This document shows, piece by piece, positions 48,901 through 60,900 of a stretch of DNA of 64,000 nucleotides; within the stretch, counting starts at the first letter, position 1, and each line of letters starts with the position of its first letter. Location: assembly GCA_964199315.1 (NCBI GenBank), contig OZ116709.1:5952001-6016000 (forward strand), in the 5' to 3' direction. The notes below the pieces were generated by a model. That model was not told the DNA's origin. It searched no databases and saw only the letters and a list, made by a program, of their open reading frames with translations. The DNA is from Orbicella franksi (Eukaryota). Position numbers and translations under genes: made by a program.

Positions 48901-51900
48901 TTCAAAAACAAGACACCAAACTTTCTACTCTTCGTTCACCAAGACCTGCGACGAGGACACACACGTCTGTACGCAGAAACCCTGGTACAGTACCGTGCTA
49001 AACGTTTCTTCAGTAGTTAACCGGAGTGAGAAGTGAGTGGATCAGGAACTGCCATAACACACCACTAACTTCAACAAACTGACAACGCTGGGACAAAGCA
49101 TTAGTTGTTTTAAATGCTGGAGCAATTCTGAAGTTTTTTTTTCCATAACAAAAGCATACTTGAGGAAGTGGATTAAGCACAAACCTAGTCTGATACTCTC
49201 CACAAGTATTACTGACAAATATATGCTGCATGTATCTTGCTTTTTCCCAAAGGATTTATTTAATTTTATTGTCACATATAAATGGGACAGCAGAAAATCC
49301 CCTAGAATGCGATGTCGCTACATGTAGGTGTAGAAGTGCAATAATTAGCACAATTAAATGATTTTATAAACAGGGCTGAAACTTACACGTGTGAAAAATG
49401 ATTTTTCTGCTGATCAGGTGGTCCGAGATGAGCTAGAAGAGTCGACATTTTCTCAAACGGTCTTCTACCAAACGTCTTGAATTCACTGAAAGAGAAGAAT
49501 GGATTATGTTTGAAAACCCATCTGGAACCAAGCAGGTGTGCTATTTATCGGTAAGTTCTTTTTTATTGATCGTTTTACTTTCGCTTCATCGCCCCTCTAG
49601 GTCTTTAGTCAAACCGCAAAAAGATTAATTTGGCTCCAGCTAACTAGTCTATATTAGCGTTCCATCACGAATGCCGTCCTCTTATTGGCTATACTACTCA
49701 TTATCTATTCTGTTGTACATAGTGAGTAGCCTAGCTGTGTGAGGTTGTTAACAAAATGGCGACGCCCGAGTCAACTATTATTCACAGAAATCGAGAGCGA
49801 GTAATCTAATTGTTAAATAGAAACCTTAGCCTGTGACCATTTATTTCATATACCTGCCACTGAACCATAGACTAAGCATAATGACAAAAATTCTACTGTT
49901 CAAAATCTGATGGGAGTTGCGCAGAAAATCATCCTCTATCCGTTTCTTTTGCACAAATTCGTGCAATTAAACAAAAAGTCAAGTTATAAATAACAAATAC
50001 AATAAAATTCTACGATAATTTTCACAAAGCGGATCACTGCTCACCTTTTCGTCGCCAGATAAGTGCCGATCTTTTCTTGGTGATCCCATAAGAGTTTATG
50101 AAGGCTTAATACGCTGCTGTCACTAATGAAAGAGTAACTAGTGCTGTCCTCGTCTCTCTTGCAGGGACACTTTGACGAGATGACACTGAAAAATCTGCAA
50201 AGTACAAAATATCCATCCAAATCTGATTCAATTCAACTCTCTGTAAAGTGATGGACACCTGTTTCCATCCGAGATTTATTTTGAGCGATTTTTCAATACT
50301 ACATGAGTTGGGACAAGAACTACAGATACATGTGGGGTGTCCAATTGTCAAAGGTAGAGCCTTTAGGCTGATGTATAGAGGGTATTACACGGCGGCGCGA
50401 AGATATGAATTTTAGTTTCGAATGGCAAACCATCATAAATATGTTGTTTCTTCCTAATGGGCCATTTTCGTATTCTCGGTATTGGACTGGAACTAGCGTG
50501 CCAGCGAGGCTCATGCGTGGAATCTTTTCAAATGTAAATGACATTAATCTCCTTTTAATGATATTTCCCCGCATGAGCCTCCATTACAAGCTAGTTCCAG
50601 TCCAATATCGAGAATACGAAAATGGCCTATTATATCGCGTGAAGGAAACAGACTTACTTTCTCGCCTTATCAAAGTTTGCTTGAAGGAAACCGTTAAACG
50701 GTTCCATGTGTTTCTCTTTAGTAAACAGCACATGATTGGCCAAATTCTGAAGAACCTGAAAACAACAACGAAATATTCAATTATCTCTTTACAAATTGGC
50801 CAAGTCTTGCAGCACGTCTAACCTCACAAAAAGGAAAAAACTAAGGTAACAATTCTGCCACCCTCTCCTACCAGGTCGATTTGGAATTTGTAAATGCTAG
50901 TTTTGAGGAGAGAGGGGGGAACGGAGTACCCGAGGGAAATCCCTCGGAACAAGACGAGAACCAGCAAGAAACTCAACCCACATATGACACTGGAGGCAAG
51001 TGTTTTCATCACTACGCCATCCCTGCTCCCCACTGCGTCAAACCGCTTAAAAACAGTGCCACTATGACAAATCAAAGAATGACAGCTTGCTATTAAGCAC
51101 CCACCTTTGACAATAACATAAGTCCTCTTCCCAGCTCTTCTGAAGGAACCTGGTCAATAATTCCAGTTGCATGTGGTGACGCTTAAGAAAAAACGTTTCC
51201 TTAATGTTAGGCAAGTCTCAACGCATAATATGTAACAATATTTTTCCGGCCAGAACTTCATTCAGAGGTTCTTAACAAGCGATTTTTGTACTCCAAGATG
51301 GAAACTATGGTCAATTGTAATTGAAATTGAGCTACTCAGGTTGAACAGCTTTTTCTCATGTCAACAAGCACGTTTTATCAGTAGTTTTACTCTTCAGACA
51401 TTTGGCCGTTTGTACTGTAGATTAAGTTTCAAGTACGGTAATAATATCAAACTGTTTGATAGTTTTACATGTTCTCCGTTAATATCTATTTACTATAGAC
51501 TGGGGAAAGTAACATTTGTGTCATCTTGTAAATGAAATGTCATATCATGAAGTATTCCTCTGGACAAAAGAAAAACGATGATTAAACGATGATTAAAGTC
51601 TGAACTACTTGTCATTTAATTTGACTAAGAAATTATAAGACATTATAGTTATAGACACTTAGATATTATTCGCTGACAATCAAAGACATTGTGTTGGAGG
51701 CCTTAAGTAGATTAGCGCACAAAGTTAAACATACTTATTGCTGGGTTGATGAACCTCAGAAAGAACGCACTGCCCACTGCTTCTAAGCTGTGCTTAGGAA
51801 ATCTCTGATGAACAGTCTATGGACAACAAAATCATGTATCATTTAGATCACGTGGCGACTCTGTTAACTGCCTAGTGGCACATAAGGCCTTATGGTTAAG

Positions 51901-54900
51901 TCTTAATTCGAGCCCAGTGGTCCATCAGGTCGGCGCTTATCTTCGGTTTCTGTAGCATGAAGCAACTATATTTCTACTCCCCCCTGGATGTGATGCTAGT
52001 CCGGAGTCAAGCCCACTAACCATGAGGCGACTGCGCTTGCCTATAATGCCTTGTAGGTTTTATCAATTTACTTCATGCGATTAGCCCATTGTCCACCCAA
52101 CCAACTGAGAGGACCAAGGACAGATCTTTGTCAAACCGCTACCGTTCGACCACTAAAACAAGGACGGTTAGCCCTACCAAAGACCAACCTACGTACAATC
52201 TCGGACAAAATCTGTCGAGACAAAGACATATTAAAGCCGTTCTCCTCAAACTGCGATGCGAAAACGACACCCCCAGCCCAGAAATGCCCCCTCTCACTCT
52301 CCCTTCTCAATGTTGTCCTATGTTTTTTGGAAAATATCTTTTACGACGAACCATTCACGCACAAAGCAACATTGAAAGAGGGAAAGGGCGAGGAAAAGTA
52401 GGTAATAAGAGTGCGAATGTCTTATAAGTGTACTTTTGACTCAGTTGTCTCAACAGTTTTGTCCGCGATTGTAGTCCCTTTCAGCATAGCTAACCGGATA
52501 TGCAAGCTTCACCACCACGGGTAACATTAATCAACGACATCGCTAAGAGAAAGTTAGCTATAAATAAAGAAACATAGAACTGCAATCCAACAAAAAAAAC
52601 ACGGTGCAAATCCCAATCATATTATGGCCGTCTCAAGAATTGTTCAACAGAGTAGAATTTAAAGCTGTGTACAGCTTTAAATTCTTAAAAGGCGCACTTA
52701 CCTCCCGTAGACAGTTGCACAGACTTCGCAGTTGAATGGGGAAGCTAAAAGAATGAAAGGATTAGGATGAGAAACTTGTTTCTGCGCCATTAATATTTAA
52801 TCTTTTCTTCGCTCTCAAAGTATATACAAGATAAGAAAGAACTTCGGCGTTCAGTCAAGCTGAAAGAAAGATTCACTTGACCGGACGTCACTTCTGTTAA
52901 AAGTCTAGCCTGTTTCAGGCTCTCAGTCAGTGAGAACGATCAAAAAAGCGTTCAGGTGACGAACAGGGTCTTGTAAAGAAAAAGGAGAGGGTGCCTTGAG
53001 GCCATTAAAAGTCATACACAGCTTGTCCAATCGACTACGAGTATTCCCACTTTCGATTAGTCCGTCGTGCGTGACGCGAAAGAAAACCGCGAGAAAAAAA
53101 ATGGCCCCGCAAATTCCTGGGGGCGAGAACCACGCGTCTCGTCCCGTTTCGTCTCGCATCTCGTCTCGTCTCGCGCGCGTCTCGCCCCCACGATTTCACG
53201 CCGTCATTTTTTTCCTCGCGGTTTATTTACGGTCTCGCTCCACGGACCAAGCGAACGAGGGACAGTCCAATCGTTGGACAAAACATAAAATACAATTTAC
53301 CTCTCAGCAGAAATGACAATCTCATTGATGAATTTCTGTGCCGCTTTAATCAGATTATTCCTGTTCTCTTCCACATTTTGGCCTTTTTCAAGCCTGGTAT
53401 TGAAGAAACAAAACAATTAAACAAAATGCAATAACACAACTAGCAATAAGACTACATGTACAGTACTATCTTGTAAACAAACCTCGTGGGATCGACTTCA
53501 AATGAGATCCGTTCTTTGTACATCGGAGCTATGAGTGGTGCTAACAGTGTGTGAAGGTAATTACCACCAAATGCCTTAAAACAGTACGCCATGGTTTTAC
53601 TTGAGAGGCTGTTTCCTCTGAAAAGTGTCTGCATCCCCTCTGTGCTGTACACCTGGTCAAGTAAAGGTTAATGTGTCTTAATCCGTCTTAACGTTTACCA
53701 CGCGTTTCAGAACTATTCTCCTCGGACGACTTACAGTGTATGTGATTACAGTGTATGTGATTACGGTGTATGTGATTACAATGTATGTGATTACAATGTA
53801 TGTGATTACAGTGTATGCAATTACAACAGCCGTCACAACGGTGAATTTATTTCATTAACCCTGTTTTGACTGGGCTTTTTTAGATTTCCTCAGCCTGACA
53901 CGAGTAGGGAGTACGCTAGTCTGGACGAACTGGTGGATGGTTTGCACCTCAGGGAAACTCTCCACTAAAGGAGGACAGCTTAGCAAAACCCTGCTATTAA
54001 AACTGTTTAATTAACATTACAGCTTGAACTGAATAACTTTAGATACGGCGGATTTCCAATGCCATTGCTTGTGAGGTCTGAGGTCCCTTCCTATGCAGTC
54101 TTCTGTTCCCCCTGCATTTGCAAATAGCAATAATCGCTCGTTTGATTTCTAACAAGACTGTACTGTACTCAAGTGCTTTGTAAATGAACAAACCTCCATA
54201 GCGAACAGGTTATTCAGCAATTGCGGTAGAATCTGCCTGTCATCAAACAGCGTGACCAGAACATGAGCCAGTTCATCCTGAAATACAAAAAATAAAGGTG
54301 AAGTCTGCATACGAGACAAGTGGCCCATCAGGCTGGTGTATCTCTCTGGTTTCTGTAGCGTGAAGTGACTAGGAGTATTTCTACTCCCCCCTGGATGGGA
54401 TACGCTTGATGCGCCGCGTTTCTCCTCTATTTTTTCGTGCGCCATTTTTCGCGCTGCGTCCCAACTAACTGAATGCCTCGAAGAGAAAACCTTGGACATT
54501 GCCATTCTACAATGATTTTTGCAAAATATAGCTTACCATCTGTTGTGCTGGTACCACACTAGCCAAGGCCATGACTATAGGGAGCTTGCCCTTTTCTCCT
54601 GTTAGAGTCAGCAAATCCACCAGTCGATCAAACCTGTCCATCAACACTGTGTCTGCCAAATTGTCGAATTCAGTGCCCTAAAAATGAACATTTGCACAAG
54701 TCAGCCATAAGTAATACAGTAACTACTTATGGATAAAATAGAGGGCCTAACAGGAAAACCTGGTGATGACAAACTGCTTGCTCTAAACAATAAAATACTG
54801 AGGCAACATGTTTGTTCAGTCAAACTATTGGGTCATTTCTTTTGGTCTTGTCCTGAACAAAACTATACTCGGTTTTCCTTAATTAATGACTCCTTTAATA

Positions 54901-57900
54901 TCTTCTTTAATATCGCCAGATTTTGGATGCCTGTCAGTAGTTCAATAGAGGTCTGCTTTACATCATGAGTAATTATCTAACCGTCCTCCTTAGTTTATAA
55001 GGATTTTAAAATCAAGCCCATTCCCTAGGCGTGATCTTGTTACAAGATCGTAAAAAATGGCTCCATATATAAACAGAGGATAAATGTACAGTAAAATAAA
55101 TATCATCAACCAGAGTATTAGCAAAATAAAGCTGTTATCACAAACCTGTTGAAGAATCCTTGTAAGCACCTCCATAAACACAGTTCTTGTCTGCAAATCG
55201 TCATGGTAACCAAGGCCTACAAAGATAAAGGAATAAACCAACCTTAAACATTTACCATAAGATGGCAATGAAAATAGATGAGGAACCTCCCTCAACAAGT
55301 GTAATCCAATAACTGCCCGTTGTCCATATTGTATTGCCATTTCCATCCCCACAAACATTACCTACCATAACGTACAAATGGGCTCCTGGCACTTGTCAAT
55401 CTCTGCTCTACATGTAGTCAAATTATTACCGTTATGTTCCTATGATATAAGTGTGTACATTTTGGGCATCATGAAATTGAGCTTCGAATAGCCGAAAAAT
55501 CTCTGTCTAACACTCATTACACTACAGGTGTCCTTGCATAAAATTTTGGACGTTTTAATTTCAGATACATGTTCAATTTTCAGACACTTTAATCCTATTT
55601 CGGACAAAAAATTTCGGACACTTTTCTAAAACACAGCTCAAGTAAATTTACGCCTACAAAACACGAATTAAACTGAAGCAACATCTGAGAAAACGATAGA
55701 ATGGCATTTTCCTGCATTATATTTTCCATAAAAGACACATTTTCCTTTCCAGTGATAAATAGAACGAGCAAAACCCAATCCAAGTTCTAGATCTCTCATG
55801 ATGAATATTTTCTTGGAGTGCATGTGATGGCATCGCCCAAGAAACTACGTACTTTAAAAGTTTCATACCGTACTCTAAATATTTCGGACGCTTCAAATTC
55901 CGGACACTTAAAAATTTCGGATGGTTTTAGTTTCGGACACTTTCTTTGTCCGAAATGTAAATCGTCCAAAAAAATTTTCTAATACAGATCTGCTTTTTTT
56001 CAATTCTTATAATCATTGGAGAAATAGATGACAAGGTGCCTTTAAATACAGCTGTGTGCCAGGTCTCTCTTTACTTACCTATTGCATACATGAGCCCAGT
56101 ATCAATATTAGCATTCAGCAGATTGGACATGGCCTGGACTGTGTTTTGATGCAGTGTTTGAGATGCGCTGTGATTTACGTCACCTTTGTCCTCCCGCTGT
56201 TCAGCTGTTATTGTACCCTTCTCTCTGTTCATCAAGTTCATGAATAGAGTGAAGTACCTAAATTTGAGTGTGCAATAAAAAATAAACTCACTTACAGGGC
56301 TTCTAAGCAAGGACTAAGCAGTATATTAAAGAAAATATCCGTCGTTGAAAAACATTTCCACCATGTATTGGACGAGTAGTCTTGACCAAAACTACCGGGA
56401 AAAAAGGTGCATTTTTTGCCACATAAGCATTCTCATTATGTTTTTCATAAAAGAAACAAACACCTTCCTTTCCAGCATATTATTATCATTTGAGCATGTG
56501 TGCATCATCATAGTATCTCCTCTTATTGCGCCAGTAGGCTGCCATAAGGCTGCTCCGAATGGGGTCACCACCTTATCATAGTGGGGCAGTTTGTTTGTCT
56601 CTATGACCCCTACAGCTATGTCGGCTGGAGTGTTGCACTCCTGATAGGGTCACCCATGCTGATGCATCGAAGGGTAGAGACCAGACAAAGAGTGATCTCC
56701 TGTTCCTCCAGGTTGGGGTTTGGGCGCAGTTAATGGCCCTATCCCATGAGAAAAGCTAGCTGTTACAGAAACCGAAAGCGAGCATGCACAAGTGACCAAA
56801 TGAAGTCACACACACACATGCATGAACAAACTAAAAGGTGAAAAGCCTCTTGAGGTCCAAGTATTTTGCAAAATATTTTCCCCTAACTCGTGTTACACTC
56901 AAATTGTCAAGGCTCACTTGAGAAAGAGTTGTGACTTGGCCTCCACAATGTCTGTCTCCATTCCTTCAGGTTGCAGGGGTAAACCTGACAGTAGTGAAGC
57001 TATTGCACGCATGACAGTGGCATCGAGGTCTCTAAGAAACAAAAAAAAAGGGTTTGTGGATCAATTGATTATTTGTCATCAAATGTTACTGAAGAACAGA
57101 AGTGGGTTTTAATTTTGAAGTACAGTGCAACCCCGTTAATACGGTCACCAACGGGCCATGAATATTTGGCCGCATTACCGTTAATACGTCCAAATACTCA
57201 TGGCCGTATTAACAGGGTAGGGTCAACTTTCGTGACTGGTCTACTTTCAGTGACCTCTTGAAAGATACATGTATATCATAATTGACGGATTAATGGGGTT
57301 TTCTTATAAAAAAGCGAAAGGTCGTTCTGTCTGGACAAAAATGACTGCCCATAGTAAGGGGGTGGCCGTAAGGCGGAGTTTCACCGCACAATCAGACCTC
57401 CACTTCCATTGTCTAATTGTGGTGAAATGGACACTGGGTTATGGTCTCAGACACACACAAGCACTACATTTTTTAAGCTTTCATAAGTTGGCATATTTCT
57501 CTACAAGGAACACATATTCTTGTTGCAAGGGGTTGTCTACGTATTTTGTTAGACGTATGCCTTAAGTATATAAAAACTATCATGGTAGAATTAATAAACA
57601 AGCCTTAAAAGGCTGGCAATTCCAAATTGAGAGTTTAAAAGAGCTACTCACTTGGACAAGACAGAGAGCTCCGCAGGGATCCCCTCAGCCTGATGGTGTT
57701 CGGCAGATGGAAGAACCCAGTCAGTCAGGTATTCGACCAGCTTGTTTCTTAGCTTCACTTCTTGGTGAAGTAACAACTCATCTCTTTTTGCCATAACCTG
57801 TCACCAACACCATTACAAACCATCAACTATTGTTTACCAAAATAAATAGGGAGCTATTCTATGAGCATTATACCGATCAACAAACCGATCGCAACATTCG

Positions 57901-60900
57901 AAGTTTCTTCAACCACGCATCCGTTCAGTACTTTTTCTTCGGCCGTTTGAACGGCTGCCATCATCCGTTCGAACGACTAGCATCATCTGGTCAAAATTTT
58001 TCGTAAGCCCTTCGAACCTTTTCCTGTGCTGTTCGAACGTGACAGCATCCGTTCGAAATTTTTCCTCGCCGTTCGAACGGTATTTGAAACCATTTTAAAT
58101 TGCTTTAACATCCGTTTCCCACCCTTTCGTAAGCCGTTCGTTTTGACCATTTAAGAGATATCCGTTAGAGTACGTTTTGGTGTGAGATGTCACGTTCGTT
58201 AGTCCATCCCGTTATGTTTATTGTTGGATAACAACTGCTTAATTAAGCGTTTCTCAACAACAAATTAAAGGTCAACTTATCATCAGCTTCCATCCATTTA
58301 TTTGCACACAAATTTATTTCACTCGTTGCCAAAATCCTTACCACGTCAATTAGTTGGCAGAGTTTACATTTAATCTGCAGGGACTGGCGGCTGACTGGAA
58401 GGTTTCTTGCATACCTGAAAAACAAGGAGACTTTGTTACGTTCAAGAGACATGCATGATGAGCAAGAGTTTACGATTGCCTTCAGGAGTGACAGTCTTGC
58501 ATGTTATGGAACCTTCCCAAAAACTGTTGCTACAGGACATAAGTTCAACGTACATGTATGTATAATATTATTATTATGATTCTCTTGGAGCTAAATTTCT
58601 GGTCATTTCAATCCATATTCTGATAGTTAGGCACAGTTAGTGCCTTTCTTCAAGATCTAAAGGGCATCAAGACTAACTTGCGCCACACAAATCAATTAAA
58701 CTGTTCTTGTTTCATTACAAAAAAGTAACAACATGGTAACAAGAATACTGACCTTACAAATGACAAAATCATCGCATCAATACCACTCATCTGAAAGTAA
58801 TCTTTGCGTCCAAGTTTCTTTTCCAAGATGTGCTTAATTATCACAATAATCTGCAGAAAACAAACCAACAAGAATGGTCTCTCACTGTAACACTTGAAGT
58901 AGCCTGCGAGGAGGCTCTCGTGTGTTGCGGCACTAGCAAAAGCGAAGGCGTGAGAGACGAATCGGCGAGGGGGGTGTCTCATTTTTAACGGCATGCTTCG
59001 CTCACTGACTCATCTCTCACAGCTTTGTCTTTGCCTGCGCCACAGCGTATGAGAGCCTGGACAAAGTCCACATTGGAAGGTATTGAATAAGGCTGAAATC
59101 TCAGATTAGTATCTCAAGTATTACAAATAATCATCTTTTATGGTTGACGTGGTAATTGGTAAAACATAAGTTTAGTGACAAGATTACATTAACTGTATGT
59201 ATCTTTGCTTTGTCTCCAGGTCACAGTGGAAGTTAGGAGTATGCCCCCCTCCCCATCCTTTACACATACCTGTTCAATGAAGAGAGTGTGCTTGTCTTGA
59301 ATAACCGCCTAAAATGTAAAGAACTTGGTTTGAGCCACATACAATAATGAATAACAAAAAATTTCCAGGTACAATAGAGGAGTGCTCATGAACAGCTCTT
59401 TTATTTATAAATTATTTCCATATTCTGCACGAGAGGAGAGCAAAGACCACCTTTTGCCTTGTATAACCATGCCTGTCACAAAAGCATTCGTGAGAAGCTT
59501 TTGCAATCTTTATTGTCTAATCACAAATATCGTGTACATATGCATGGCACTTCAATAGTCACAATGTCAGGATCATTCAGTGGGATAGACTGTTGGCAAC
59601 CAGTTTTTTCTCTAAGGGTCACTTAAACAAGTGTTTAGTCATCGGGAACGCAAAAGGGCGGTATGGCCGAGAGGGAATAAGGCAGGATGCATGCCCATGT
59701 CTCGTCCCATTCCCCTTTAGGCTAAAGCGTCTCACCTCATGACCCCTGCTGAACTTCAAGAGAAAACAGACTACCAATTATCTAACTATGGGATTTCAGT
59801 TACGACGTTGTACTTTGTGAGTGATTTTACCAAATCAGCAAGCTCAATCAATTCTTGTTCCCAGACGTTGCATTAAACCAAGCCTCTTTTGGTCTACAAG
59901 GTCTGCTTTTTAATGATCTTTAACACTGACAGGGAAAGGCTAACCTGGCCAGAAGGTGTGAAGAAACTGTTGACCACTATCATAATCTGCGTCAGCAGAA
60001 TGGGGTAAAGTTTTGGACTGAGCTCAACACCAACCAACTCATTTACTGTGCTGCGTATCTGTACAGATAAATTTGCCATTAATTAATAAATTAAAATATC
60101 ACAAAGATAATAGCTAGTAAATCCTGTTTTGGCTGGCCACAATCAGACACAGTGATAACTATCTACAATACAGCAATTACATTAATACAATTCATGCAAG
60201 TTTTGGATGTAGTTTCTTGACGCAGCTCTGGTATTTAAGGCTGAATGTTCCAGTTATTGCCTCCACTTTCGATGACCTGTGCACAAAACCTTTTGCATGA
60301 ATTGCCACTAGCATGCCTCTCATCAACCACAAATCAAAATAAATGTTCAGAACAAGACAGTTCATTACAAGCAGTTCATGCATATATCTTGCAGCATCTT
60401 ATACTGTACCAACCTGTAAACCTGTTTTTTCATTACTGCAAACTAGAAGACTCAATAAGTCTTGCATAAACCTTGTACGGATATAAAGAAAATAGGTTAA
60501 AATTAAAACAGGTGAAGGCAAAATAACACCTCTAGACATTGGTACCCTTGTGATGACTTTCTAGTGTCATTTTATGGGAAGTATATACATTGTTTACAGG
60601 AGGTTAAATAGAATATTTCTGGCGTGGCGTAATAAAACCTCATAAGCCTCGGGCAGTGCTAACCCTCAACAATTTGCTACCGTACTATAAGCGTACATAC
60701 AGGACATAAATTTTAGTATTAAATAATTCAGATTAGTTTACCACAAACAGAACTGACTTACTTTGTTACTGTAGCACATTCAGTGTTGTGTTGTTCAGTT
60801 GTGGAGTGCACAGATGAAGGGAGACTCCGGCTGTATCTTCTACAACAAGTAGAGAATTTAAACAAAAACATTTCTAAAGATGAAAATGTAATAAACCATG

